Shown: piece after piece, positions 35,798 to 46,600 of the stretch
How the letters are laid out: each line of letters begins with the position of its first letter
Position numbering within the stretch: position 1 is the first letter of the stretch
Virus record (IMG/VR): IMGVR_UViG_3300020463_002440
Location: 32,001-96,000 of that record
DNA: 64,000 nucleotides
DNA from: a virus
Reading direction: 5' to 3' (one strand)
The notes under the pieces: model-generated
What the model was told of the DNA's origin: nothing
The model's database searches: none
The model's input: only the letters and a program-made list of their open reading frames with translations
Program-made: the position numbers and the translations under genes

Positions 35798-36742
35798 TTA
35801 GCTAGCTTCTGCAAATGTAAGAATCTTAACACCGATTTCTTTTACCTTGGTATCGGCATAACCACTTCCTCTTAACCAAAACTCAAGTTTTCCGTCGGTG
35901 TCATGCGTTCCGCCACCAATCTCATTTTCCTCAATAATTTGTCTAACGTCAAAATCTACATCTCGCGAAGTACTTATTGCTAACCAACCTGTATCATTTG
36001 ATGTACCAACTGTTGAGCCGTTGAGTGTTCTAACTGGTACAACGTAACTACTTCCGTTCGATGTTGTTCCTGACCATACTACCTTCATATGCGAGAGTGT
36101 TACTGAGGTGTTGTTTGAATATCCTGTTAGAGGTGGTGAAGTTCTCTCAATTGAATAGTAGGTATCGTCATTATAAACTTCTTCATAAGAATGAATTGTG
36201 TACCTAGAACCTCCACTATCAACATAATCGCCAACATTCCAACCTGTGCCTGGTATATTACTCTGAGCTTGAATGGTTGTACCTTGGTATATTAATGGAC
36301 CTCTATATGTTTCAGGTTCCGAACCACCTTGATAAAGTTCTACTGCATAAGTTTGTGTACCTGTTCTAGAATATACTTCGCCATCAGTAGAGCCATCCAT
36401 ACCTACAAAGCTAACTGACGAACCTGAGCCAGGAACACAGTTACATAAATGTGCAGCAAAATCGCCATATGCTGATCCACCTTCATCATATAGTCTAATC
36501 CTAGCGAGTCCAGAATTTGTAGCAGAGAATCTAATTATTACGTCGTTCTCTCCGTAAGCATCGGTTGGTGCATTTGAAATAACATTAGTTGAACAAGTTA
36601 CTGCATCTCCTGATGATGCATCTTTCATAATATCTATTGACGGAGATGTTGGAATATTGTTACCTCCGCCACCGGATACTCCGCCAGTTGCTCCTGTCGT
36701 TAATCCGATACCTGATCCTAAATTAAAAACATGTGTTGGCAT
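35798..36742 (-). CDS. Hypothetical virion protein (G/S/T-rich)
   Basis: 314 aa in the late module; AGGAG SD. Confidence 0.65.
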   Translation of the reverse strand: MPTHVFNLGSGIGLTTGATGGVSGGGGNNIPTSPSIDIMKDASSGDAVTCSTNVISNAPTDAYGENDVIIRFSATNSGLARIRLYDEGGSAYGDFAAHLCNCVPGSGSSVSFVGMDGSTDGEVYSRTGTQTYAVELYQGGSEPETYRGPLIYQGTTIQAQSNIPGTGWNVGDYVDSGGSRYTIHSYEEVYNDDTYYSIERTSPPLTGYSNNTSVTLSHMKVVWSGTTSNGSSYVVPVRTLNGSTVGTSNDTGWLAISTSRDVDFDVRQIIEENEIGGGTHDTDGKLEFWLRGSGYADTKVKEIGVKILTFAEAS

Positions 36743-36751
36743 AATATCTCC

Positions 36752-37600
36752 TTAAGCTAGGCCGCTCCATTCGCATTCATAGTAACCTGTGGCTAATATG
36801 TTCGAACCATTTGATGTTGAAGAAATTTCTACTTTCATAACGCAATTCATATCAGCGTATGATGTAAGGTTTCTTGAGTCTCTTACTCTAAATTCTCTAT
36901 CTGAAGATAATGCAAGCCAAGTGTTGAGTGTATCACTATCAGAAACACTTAAACTGCTTCCGCTATGATTGGCTACTCTTATATAATATGTTTGTGATGG
37001 TGTAATATTGTTCCATGTAGTTGAATCATGTAAATAAGTTCCTTGCCCACCAACATTATAAATGGATTCATACTTATATACATTTCCGTCTGCATCGAAT
37101 TTCCAACCCATAATTAAATCATTAGCATTACTTCCTGCTTGGTCATAGAATGTTTCTGGGTTACTTGATATGGCACCTTGTAAAGTAACTGCCTCAGTTG
37201 GTGTACTTGATATTGATGTAAATGGAATAGCTGTTGCGTCAACTCTTGTAGAGCTCCAACAATGAAGAGTAATTTGCCATCTTCTATAGTTGCCCCAAGT
37301 CGGCTCAGTTCCTTCTGCCCAATTAATTTCTGTTCCAGTTGAAGGCCAAGACGGACCATAAGGTACAGTTGATGTATCTAATAGTAATATAGTTGATGCT
37401 CCTTCAGTTACACCTGTAAGCGAAAACTCTGTAGAAGCTCCTAAAGTACAAGTAAGAAATGGTTGAGAAAAATTAATAACATTATTTGTTGTGGTTGAAT
37501 TTGGATGAAAGTCTCTAGCGACAATGTTACTTGTCGCACCTGCTACTGATAATTTTCTATCGTCTGTAATTACTGCTGTTCCGTTTACTTTAATTGCCAT
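36752..37600 (-). CDS. Virion protein, MAIKVxG paralogue 3
   Basis: N-terminus MAIKVNGT.VI.D; internal domain shared with paralogues 1 and 2. Confidence 0.65.
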   Translation of the reverse strand: MAIKVNGTAVITDDRKLSVAGATSNIVARDFHPNSTTTNNVINFSQPFLTCTLGASTEFSLTGVTEGASTILLLDTSTVPYGPSWPSTGTEINWAEGTEPTWGNYRRWQITLHCWSSTRVDATAIPFTSISSTPTEAVTLQGAISSNPETFYDQAGSNANDLIMGWKFDADGNVYKYESIYNVGGQGTYLHDSTTWNNITPSQTYYIRVANHSGSSLSVSDSDTLNTWLALSSDREFRVRDSRNLTSYADMNCVMKVEISSTSNGSNILATGYYECEWSGLA

Positions 37601-37758
37601 TATTCTTTCCCAGCTAATTTTTTAATTAGTGTTTTTATTTCTTCGAGCTGTTCATCTTCTGTATCACATTCATTAACCACATAATATTGCATAATGTGAG
37701 TATTAGCTGTAGCATCAAATATTTTTACTGGAATTTCTATTATATTTCCTTGTGCCAT
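37600..37758 (-). CDS. Small hypothetical protein
   Basis: Start at MAQGNIIEIP, TAATG-coupled on both sides. Confidence 0.6.
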   Translation of the reverse strand: MAQGNIIEIPVKIFDATANTHIMQYYVVNECDTEDEQLEEIKTLIKKLAGKE

Positions 37759-38246
37759 TATGCTGCGCTCCAACTTGTTGATACTACGGATACTGTAGAT
37801 GCATCCCATGCTGTAAGATAATGTACCCAATATCTCGCCGTAGCAAAATCTGGTTCAGTATCTTCAGGGTATAATATTGTTCCATTTGGAAATGTAAATG
37901 ATTGGTCATATCCGTTTGCTGTTGCATCTACCCAAAGAGTTCTCATCATTCCACTTGCGAGAGTTGTGCCTTGGATTTGCCATGTTATAGTTCCACCTAA
38001 TTGACCACCAGAACCCCACCACACCGCGCCTGCGCCTAATCCTTCAGCGGATTGCGAAAAAGATATAGGACTCGTGCCTGCACCTGGATTTGATGCAGCT
38101 ACTACATAACTCGGTTTAATATTACCTGCATGCTGAGTTGGAGTACTGCCACCGCTGTTATAACCTTTATAAGTTCCACCACCGCCTGTTACTTTAATGG
38201 TTTGTGTGTCTGATATTACTTCTGTTCCTGCTACTTTAATTGCCAT
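37758..38246 (-). CDS. Virion protein, MAIKVxG paralogue 2
   Basis: N-terminus MAIKVAGT.VI.D. Confidence 0.65.
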   Translation of the reverse strand: MAIKVAGTEVISDTQTIKVTGGGGTYKGYNSGGSTPTQHAGNIKPSYVVAASNPGAGTSPISFSQSAEGLGAGAVWWGSGGQLGGTITWQIQGTTLASGMMRTLWVDATANGYDQSFTFPNGTILYPEDTEPDFATARYWVHYLTAWDASTVSVVSTSWSAA

Positions 38247-38258
38247 TATTCTTCTCCA

Positions 38259-39299
38259 TTAAAACAACGGTACTGAACCGATATTTACTGCTAGCCTCAA
38301 CGAACTTAATCCGCCTGTATCTACTTCTCCTGTAGAATAAAAAGTACCTTGGTCACATTGTATTGTAATTCTGAAATCTGGATTTACACTACCAAAATTT
38401 GCTTCTGTTCTAGCTTTTTGATCACCAGGAGGATTGTTTGGATTTGCTTGAGCCATCCAACCAAATCTTAATTGTCCTGATGTAGGAACAGTATAATATG
38501 TTCCTGAATTATATCCATCGTTTGTAGGAAGTGGTCCAAAAGAATAATTAGAAGCAGTACAATCAAAGTAACACTGTTGTGATTGAACATTATATTGTGC
38601 TTGTACTGAAGTGATTCCAGTTAATCCTGTATAATTGGCATACATATAAGCATAAGTTCCTGGAGCTCCTGAATCACCATGTGCTCTTTCAATTCTAACT
38701 CTGTTATTACTTGCTTGGTGTTGAAAAGCTAAATAACACCATGTATCAGGAAAACCAGAACTTGCGAAGTGATTATTCCAAGTATCCCATGCGGATAAAG
38801 AAAAATTATCAAATGATGTTGTTCCTGATGTAGATGGCTCGTCAAACCCAACTGCTGTGCACATATTGGTATTTGTACTTTTCTCAACATTTGTAATTGT
38901 TACGTGCCAATATCTATGACTTGCCCAACTTGGTGTTGAAGGAAAGAAAAAGTTAGTAGGATCAAAGGTTGGAGTATAACTAGATGTGGTTGTATCAATT
39001 AAGAGTAGAACAGTTTCTCCTGCTGAATTACCGCCGCCACCAGCGTTGCTGACCTGGTCGATTGTATAGAGGCCTGAACTAGTTCCACCGTTTTGGGTAA
39101 GCGTTTTTTTGTAGTATGGGTAATTATAATTGATTATATCGTCGTTTACAGCATCTATGACTTCAGCTGTACCTGGGTAAAAAGTATCGTATCTTCCTCT
39201 TAAAGCAACATAAGATCCCGTCTGTACTGGATAGGAATCTCTTCCACCTAGATGTCTTCTATTATCTATGACACAATTACCGTTTACTTTTATTGCCAT
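38259..39299 (-). CDS. Virion protein, MAIKVxG paralogue 1
   Basis: N-terminus MAIKVNG..VID; GGAGG SD. Confidence 0.65.
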   Translation of the reverse strand: MAIKVNGNCVIDNRRHLGGRDSYPVQTGSYVALRGRYDTFYPGTAEVIDAVNDDIINYNYPYYKKTLTQNGGTSSGLYTIDQVSNAGGGGNSAGETVLLLIDTTTSSYTPTFDPTNFFFPSTPSWASHRYWHVTITNVEKSTNTNMCTAVGFDEPSTSGTTSFDNFSLSAWDTWNNHFASSGFPDTWCYLAFQHQASNNRVRIERAHGDSGAPGTYAYMYANYTGLTGITSVQAQYNVQSQQCYFDCTASNYSFGPLPTNDGYNSGTYYTVPTSGQLRFGWMAQANPNNPPGDQKARTEANFGSVNPDFRITIQCDQGTFYSTGEVDTGGLSSLRLAVNIGSVPLF

Positions 39300-39339
39300 C
39301 TTCGTCCTCCGACTATTAGCATTTATTAATGTACAGTTT

Positions 39340-39347
39340 TATTTATA
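39340..39347 (-). promoter_or_regulatory. T4 late promoter
   Basis: TATAAATA upstream of the MAIKVxG cluster. Confidence 0.8.
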
Positions 39348-39348
39348 C

Positions 39349-40110
39349 TTAATCTCTTCTTTCAATATCAGATTCTTCGAGTTTATCTCCAAGCCATACT
39401 TCAATTACTTTTGCCGTTTCAGTTCCAACATTAGTTGCTTTGTGCCAAACTTCTTTTGGAATGTCAACGCTCATTCCTGCATGATATATTTTTGTATGTT
39501 TTGAGCCAGGCATTCCATCATCCCTATCGAGTTCCATTAAAACAGAACCACTTACAATATGCCAATGTTCAGATCTATGAAAGTGTCGTTGGTCGCTTAA
39601 TGATTTATCTGGGTCAAAAGATAATTCTTTTACTTGCCATGAACCATTTGTATCCAAAACTTTATATGTTCCCCATTTACGTTGCGTTACAGGTTGAGAC
39701 CATTCTTTTAATATCCAACTTGATGAGTTCTTTTTATTCTCTCCACCAATACCAAACTCAAATGTAACTCCTTCAACTGCCATTTCAGGGATGTTATCTG
39801 ATGTTCTATCACCACCGTTTACAAATATAATAGTATCTGAAGGATACAAAAGTTTAACTTGTTCTAAGCAATGTATTGCCGTGTCATCTGAATCATCAAA
39901 ATCAATAACTTTATCTACACAAGCAAGTTCTGAAACAATAGCTGCTCTTTCTTTAAATGGCATAAAGTATTTACCTTTCTTTCTTATAAGCCATTCATCA
40001 GAATTTAAACCAACGATTAATTTTAAACCACTAAGACTTGCTTCTTTTAAATACGCAATATGTCCTGAATGAATTGGATCAAAACCACCTGTGGCAACTA
40101 CTGTAATCAT
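39349..40110 (-). CDS. Cytidylyltransferase fused to a mannose-6-phosphate isomerase-type cupin
   Basis: TGGFDPIHSGH, VGLNSD.WL.RKKG, F.NGGDR; C-terminal R.WG.Y.VL, LS.Q.H.HRSEHW, IEVW.G..L.E.DIER; start at MITVV. Confidence 0.85.
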   Translation of the reverse strand: MITVVATGGFDPIHSGHIAYLKEASLSGLKLIVGLNSDEWLIRKKGKYFMPFKERAAIVSELACVDKVIDFDDSDDTAIHCLEQVKLLYPSDTIIFVNGGDRTSDNIPEMAVEGVTFEFGIGGENKKNSSSWILKEWSQPVTQRKWGTYKVLDTNGSWQVKELSFDPDKSLSDQRHFHRSEHWHIVSGSVLMELDRDDGMPGSKHTKIYHAGMSVDIPKEVWHKATNVGTETAKVIEVWLGDKLEESDIERRD

Positions 40111-41300
40111 TGTATTGACTCCATAAAATAATCCCATACAAAATTACATTCTTGCGCAGGCGCCTGTAATTCATTTATTGTATCTCTGCCAATTACATCA
40201 GGATGAATAAACCAATCTTCGTATGGATGATTTTCTGTAAACGAAACATTAGGAACAACTAATTCATAACCTAGTTTAAATAATATTTCTCTTGCCTCAT
40301 CTCTTCTTTCTCCACCTAGACGATAAGAATCATGTTCAAAAGTAATAACACCAAACTTATAAAAATCAAATGGAATCTTTTTCAAAATATCTATTGAGGC
40401 TTCGTCGCAATCAATTTGTAAATAATCAATGACAGGATCCATACAATGTTTATTAAATAAATCAAGATAACCAATTTCAGTTGCATCTGCACAAATGACT
40501 GTACTATTTCTTTCTTCTTTAAATTTATAACACAAAGCTTCTGAATTGTCAATAGAAATACCATTCCAACCAAACTGTGATAATAGAGCTGTATTATTAT
40601 GTATGTAAGGATCTCCTGAACCAATTTCTAACCAACTGCCGCGTTTCTTTCCATTAAACGCAGATAATACAAACATATCTTGCATGTGTTTAGAATAATT
40701 TTTTTGTACTTCTTCAATTCCTATGAAAGGATATTTAAATCTTTCTATATCTGAAATGTAATAATTTATTGTGTCAGGATAGAATATATTGTTTAGTATT
40801 TCTTTAGCTTTTTCATGTAGTTCAGATTCTAATTTTTCTCTAAAGATTAAATCAAAAAATAAATGTTTTCCATTTTGTTGACCAGATATGTACCAAGTTG
40901 CTAACGCTTGAAAAAATAATATGTCTTGATGTTCTTTATCTGTTTGTTGAAATTGTAATGCAGTCTTTGCATGCGCTAAACACTTTTTCCATTGACATGT
41001 CTGTTCGTAAAATTTACATAAGTAATAATGAGCAGCTGTTCTTGTAGGATTTAAAGCAACTGCATCAAGTAATGCACCTTCTACTGTATATCCTCTATCT
41101 CTTTGTCTATCATAACATAAAGCAATTCCAACCATGCAATCATATTGTAAATCTACACTATCAGTAATATCAGCAGACTTTAAATACAAAGATACTGCCA
41201 TTGCTCCTTGCTCTAATCTGTCGTATTCTTGAGCAAGATCAAAACATTTATGTGGATTCTTTGGATCCATAACATGTTCTTCTAATAATTTCTGTAACAT
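40107..41300 (-). CDS. TPR-repeat plus FkbM-like methyltransferase domain protein
   Basis: N-terminal TPR-like helices; YS...QD.FV, G..LEIG..DP...NNT.LL...GW.GI.ID, IDYLQID, I.FEH. Confidence 0.75.
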   Translation of the reverse strand: MLQKLLEEHVMDPKNPHKCFDLAQEYDRLEQGAMAVSLYLKSADITDSVDLQYDCMVGIALCYDRQRDRGYTVEGALLDAVALNPTRTAAHYYLCKFYEQTCQWKKCLAHAKTALQFQQTDKEHQDILFFQALATWYISGQQNGKHLFFDLIFREKLESELHEKAKEILNNIFYPDTINYYISDIERFKYPFIGIEEVQKNYSKHMQDMFVLSAFNGKKRGSWLEIGSGDPYIHNNTALLSQFGWNGISIDNSEALCYKFKEERNSTVICADATEIGYLDLFNKHCMDPVIDYLQIDCDEASIDILKKIPFDFYKFGVITFEHDSYRLGGERRDEAREILFKLGYELVVPNVSFTENHPYEDWFIHPDVIGRDTINELQAPAQECNFVWDYFMESIQ

Positions 41301-41303
41301 AAT

Positions 41304-42338
41304 CTATCCTCTTGCCACAAAGTCAAAAAATAGTTTCTCAGGCATTCTTAATATAAATGTTCCGTTATCTTGATAACCAAAAGCAATTACTACTTCACCA
41401 TTTATAAATGCCATTCCAGTCGCAAACTCAATATTATATTCATATCCTGTGGTTGGATCTATTTGCGTACCTAAAAAATGAAAATCTTTTGTATGATGAA
41501 CCATATTCCAATCTTCATCCCATACAACTATTCTATGATTATAATGTCCATCTTTACGCATAAAGGCATCTCTTGTTAAATCAACCTCATGAGTAAATGT
41601 CATTCTTCGACCTTCACCAATTGGATAAACTTGAGTACCACCTCTAAGATCTCTGGGTAACTTATATGTTTTATCACTATCATGTACAACAGTAGTTGTT
41701 GTTCTTGTATCAATATCGTACTTAACTACTTCAACGGGATTGCACCATTTAACAAAATGCCATGGCATATCAATAATTGGCATCCAGTTCTTTTCACAAA
41801 AAGTTCCATCATCTCCTGGAGCAGGTATAGGATTACGTGAAACTTCTTGCCATTCATTATCAATGTATTCTATTTCACACATCTCCATTCGTCCTGTTCC
41901 TTGGTCGTCATAACAATCTCTTCGAACACCACATAAGAATAAACGATCATCCCAACTAAATAATCTACCATCCTCAAGACCAATAAAATTCCAGGTAGGT
42001 TCACCTGTATCTAAATTCATTTTGATTCTGCTTGCGTTAACAACATTAAAATTTGAATCTAACTCTGTCATAATGTTATGAGTTGTTAGTGTTATGTCGT
42101 TTTCTGGATGTAGATATTGTAAAGGACCCCAGGTATGAGGAAACTTTTTACCTTCTGAATGATATAGTGTATAATTAACATGACGAACATTCATTAGAAT
42201 TTTATCGTTGTGCACGAAAATAGACGGGTTCATAATGCCCGTTTCGCCTGTTAAATCTTTTGGAAGTGTAATTGGATGAATCGTACCGCCTCTTTTTAAG
42301 GCGTAATGCACCAATCCGTGATGCCGTAAATCATGCAT
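41304..42338 (-). CDS. Beta-propeller glycosidase-like protein (GH130/GH43 clan)
   Basis: NPSI, GLEDGRLF, EKNWMP, LRGGT, IEFA.G...FGYQD. Confidence 0.7.
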   Translation of the reverse strand: MHDLRHHGLVHYALKRGGTIHPITLPKDLTGETGIMNPSIFVHNDKILMNVRHVNYTLYHSEGKKFPHTWGPLQYLHPENDITLTTHNIMTELDSNFNVVNASRIKMNLDTGEPTWNFIGLEDGRLFSWDDRLFLCGVRRDCYDDQGTGRMEMCEIEYIDNEWQEVSRNPIPAPGDDGTFCEKNWMPIIDMPWHFVKWCNPVEVVKYDIDTRTTTTVVHDSDKTYKLPRDLRGGTQVYPIGEGRRMTFTHEVDLTRDAFMRKDGHYNHRIVVWDEDWNMVHHTKDFHFLGTQIDPTTGYEYNIEFATGMAFINGEVVIAFGYQDNGTFILRMPEKLFFDFVARG

Positions 42339-42369
42339 AAAAGCTCCATAATGTAAATCAAAATTTAGT

Positions 42370-42702
42370 TTAAGACCAAGGTATTGCGCGTTCGGTTGTT
42401 ACTAATTTATTTATTGACTCTTGTATTTTTAAATTGTAATCATTAATGGAAGCTTCAGAGTTGAGAGTGTTTAACCATCCCACAACCTTATCTTCTGTTA
42501 AATCAGTGAATGATGTAAAGTCTGCTTCAGCGGTCTCATGTGCAGATAAGACTGTAAAACCTACAACCTTACCAGTATTGCCATCTGAATCAACTCCGAT
42601 CCGTCTCCATTTAATTCTTACAACAGCATCTGACAACGTAACGCCGTCAGCGTTCGTCTGATCTCTAGTGTCAAACTTAACAATTTGCCAAGAATAAGTC
42701 AT
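42370..42702 (-). CDS. Small tail-associated protein
   Basis: Y.W.I...., W...G.D..G, F..F.DLTE..V.GW, PW; paralogue of 42717-43133. Confidence 0.65.
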   Translation of the reverse strand: MTYSWQIVKFDTRDQTNADGVTLSDAVVRIKWRRIGVDSDGNTGKVVGFTVLSAHETAEADFTSFTDLTEDKVVGWLNTLNSEASINDYNLKIQESINKLVTTERAIPWS

Positions 42703-42716
42703 GTGTTATTCCTAGC

Positions 42717-43133
42717 TTATTCGCCGTCGTCTGCTGGGTCAGCTGCATCGTCAGGTACAGGTGGTGTCACATCTTCAGTTGCCCAAGGCATTGTTGGTTC
42801 TTCGATGTTAGCTTCGTCAATTTGCTTTGCTACCATTTCTGAGATATGATCCGCATATCCTTGGTCAGCATTTACTACTGATTGAATCCAACCTAAAACA
42901 GTTGCTTCAGTTAAATCAGCAAATGCTACAAATGAACCAGCTGGGACAGCTGCTGCTGTAAATGGAGTAGCTCCTGAGAACTCTCCTTTGTTTCCGCTAG
43001 AATCTTCACCTTCAACTTTCCAAAATGTTTGGACAATAGCGCCTTCTAATGTTGCGCCTTCAGAGTTAACTTGATCTCTTTTCTTGAGACTAGTTACGCT
43101 CCAAGTCCATGTGTAATCGCTACTTAGTGCCAT
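42717..43133 (-). CDS. Small tail-associated protein
   Basis: Y.WTW.V, W...G.D..G..GEF.GATP, F..F.DLTE..VLGW, MPW. Confidence 0.65.
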   Translation of the reverse strand: MALSSDYTWTWSVTSLKKRDQVNSEGATLEGAIVQTFWKVEGEDSSGNKGEFSGATPFTAAAVPAGSFVAFADLTEATVLGWIQSVVNADQGYADHISEMVAKQIDEANIEEPTMPWATEDVTPPVPDDAADPADDGE

Positions 43134-43176
43134 TTTATTTTCTCCGTTAATATTAAATAACTTTAAGTTATAGTTC

Positions 43177-43184
43177 TATTTATA
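43177..43184 (-). promoter_or_regulatory. T4 late promoter
   Basis: TATAAATA. Confidence 0.75.
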
Positions 43185-43185
43185 A

Positions 43186-43620
43186 TTAATCTTCAGTACA
43201 GCCAGCATAATAATCTAATGACTTAAGATGAGTATACGCTTGTACTAAATCTGAATCAGTGGAATCCATGTCTAACATGAATATACACTTTTGGTCAAGA
43301 CCTGGTGTACCAATTGATAGTTCAGCTTCAACCTCTGTTGCGTTTTCGCCTGCTATACCAATAGGATTTAAACCATCAGTCCTTGCTTGTTTTGTTGCCC
43401 ACATGGTTACCCATATACGACAAACATATCCCTCTGCCCAATACATATCAGACCCTGCTTCTCTAACACCATCGTTAGTCAATCCAGACGGTAATGAAGT
43501 ATCGGGTGGTAAAGGAATTTCTTGTGTTCTTTTATGAACCTTTATATCTGTAATAACGTGATAAGCGTCAGGCACGGTCACACCAGTACCTTGTATCTCG
43601 TAATCTTTAATTAGTGCCAT
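43186..43620 (-). CDS. Tail-fibre-associated protein
   Basis: MAL.K....G..V.DAY.VI...QAY.HLK; directly downstream of the giant fibre gene. Confidence 0.6.
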   Translation of the reverse strand: MALIKDYEIQGTGVTVPDAYHVITDIKVHKRTQEIPLPPDTSLPSGLTNDGVREAGSDMYWAEGYVCRIWVTMWATKQARTDGLNPIGIAGENATEVEAELSIGTPGLDQKCIFMLDMDSTDSDLVQAYTHLKSLDYYAGCTED

Positions 43621-46600
43621 TGCTACTATTCTCCATTATTGATTGCATATTATATACCATTTCTTTTAGAATGTCAATATCTTTCTGCATATTATTTATT
43701 GTTTCTTCTTTACTCTTGATGATAGCGTTTTGGTCCTTAATACCTTCAACAAGTAAACCAACCATCTTAGGATAATCAAGTCCGTATTCATCATCTTCTT
43801 CATCGTAAGTTACAACCTCTGGAACAATAGGTTCAACTTCTTGGGCAATAAGACCCATTTGAGTACTTAGGAATGAATTATCACGTTCATCTTCCCATTC
43901 AGCAAGCTTACGAGTATATGTTACACCGCGTAATTGTAATACTTTATCAAGAGCATTTTCGATAGTTTGTATATTTTCTTTACGACGTCTATCTGAATAA
44001 GCAACTACGTTACCGGTAGCCCATAGTGAACCATTAACTTGCATTCTATAACCGCTTCGTGTTGCCGACGAACCTACACCCAGACAGTTATTACCACGGC
44101 TATGATAGTATACCCAACGACCGCCACCTTGTAGATAGATACCACCACTACCGTTGCTGTCGAACATTAGGTGCGGATCCCAAGTAGGTTGTGGCCATGA
44201 TAAACCGTACCATCCACTTCTGCTACCGTATATTGCCCATGAGCCGTAACTTGTTTGGTTATTCGGGAAGAAGTGAGCACCGTTATATCCATCATAGATA
44301 CCAACACCGCCGCCACCAACTTGTAACCAAGTATTTGCATAAGTATAACTTGAACCACCGTTGATTTGGAATCTAACAGTGTTTGAGTTATAATCATTCA
44401 TGAACCTCATGCCTTGATAGCTTGGGTTCGCTCCGAAGTCAAGACCTACGTGATAGTTAATTCTTAATGCGGGATATGGATAACTCCAACTACCTGATGT
44501 CTGGAATAATTCATAAGGATAAGAACTAATTGCTCTTCCTGAGTTACTGCCTGTACCATTAAAGTCAAATACGTATGCACGTACTTGGTTCATATTTGAT
44601 GTTGATGCTGGATCTGTATAATAACTTGTACTATTAGAATCGTAATAACGACCTGCATACATTGATCCACCATTCGTACTATTCTCATCTAATACTGGAA
44701 TTGTTCTCCAAGATCTCCAACCACTCCATGAACTTCTAAACCTAAGGTTAGTAATTGGTCCACCAACCATCTGCCAACCATAACCTGATGTATTACTATT
44801 TCTATAGTGATAGGCCTGAACTCCAACCCAGTGAGATGTACCTGACGGTTGATTAGGTGGATTACTCCAAGAATCAATAAATCCTGAACCCCAAGTTGAA
44901 ACGACGTTCATATCTTGACGTCCCCAACCCATTGAACCGGTCCAATAATCTGTATTACTTGTTATACGAGGTCTTGCTCTATAATACTCACCGCTGTTTC
45001 TTGTATGACCCGGCTGACTAATGTAAGCCATTGTTCTATTACTTACACCTTCAAACCTTGTGCTATGAGCAGAAGCACCGTTGAAGTAATAACCTGTATT
45101 GTTTCTATCGTAATAGATTGGTGCTCTTACATCAGTTCCAACATAAAGATTTCTATAAATTTCAGTATAAGAACTGCCTGGGTTAATACGAACTGCCCAA
45201 CCACCTGAACTATTTAATAAACCGAAACCACTACTGTCGTAATAAAGGTATCCACGACGACCTGTACTTGAGCCCTGTGAACTATTATAACGATCATATA
45301 TAATTAATCCACCTGATGAACTACCGCCGTCTAAGTGCCAATAACTTGTACCTGCAGCATAGAAGTGTCTTCCGTATGGAGTACTATATAAACCACGACC
45401 TCCATTATCGTTTCTGAACCAACCATCGTTGTAAATTTCTCCACGAATATCTAATACATTCATTACTGAAGTAGAAGCAAAGTCTCCATAATAGGCAGTA
45501 TTATTTGAATCATAATAACGGCCTGCGTACATTGAACCACCATTACCGCTGTTTTCATCCAACATTGGTATTGTACGCCAAGCACGGAAACCAGACCAAG
45601 AACTTCTGAATCTAAGGTTAGTGATCGGTCCACCAACCATCTGCCAACCATATCTTGCTGAACCGTTAGAATAGTGATATGCTTGTACACCAACCCAATG
45701 CGAAGTACCGCTTGGTTGATTACCTGGGTTTGACCAAGTATCCAAGAATCCTGAACCCCAGTTAGCAACTGTGTTAAAGTCAATTCTACCCCAACCTTTA
45801 GCTCCTGTCCAATAGTTGGTATCACTTGTTATATTTGGTCGTCTACCGTAATTACTTATTGCTCCATTTCTTGTATGACCCTGCAATCCAATCATTGCTT
45901 GACCACGAGCAGTTAAACCTTGCCAGTTTGAATCACCATTTGGATTCATGTAATAACCGGTGTCGTTTAAGTCATAGAATATTGGAGCACGGAATGATTC
46001 ACCTGAATAAACATATCCATAATAGAATCTATGATATGAACCGTTATAATAGAAGTTCCAACTACGTGTATTATCATGCATACCCCAGTTGTTGCCTTCG
46101 GTTGACATTAGAGTCCATCGAGTACCAATACCATAACCTGACCAACCGTTTCGACCAGTATTATATGTTGAGATGTTTCCGTATGGATTACCTTCACCAC
46201 CTGCTGAACGAATACCATATCCGTAATCTTGCCAATAAACACCAGTACTACCTTGAGGCCTAAACCAATTATTAGCATATACTGCGCTGAGTTGAGAACT
46301 GGCGGCTGGATCTACATAATAGCCGGTGTTATTCCAATCGTAGAATATTGGCGAACGAATATCTGAAGCAAATACCGCTCTACTTGATATAGCAGCTCTA
46401 AACGAACCATTGTTAATAATTAACATACCGTGGTCGTTTAATTGATTTGCACCACCTATCGAACCTGCGTTTGGATGCGACCAACCAATACCATACATAT
46501 TTGCAGTCGAAGCACCATTCGAGCTCGGTCTATAAGCAGCACCCATTGCGAATACTAATTGTAATCTTGTAGAAGTATATGTACCTGTTACACCGATACC

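Noticed and set aside
44633-45841. Possible diversity-generating retroelement TR/VR pair in the fibre gene
   Set aside because: Both copies are in-frame coding, mismatches are not adenine-specific, and there is no reverse transcriptase in the window.
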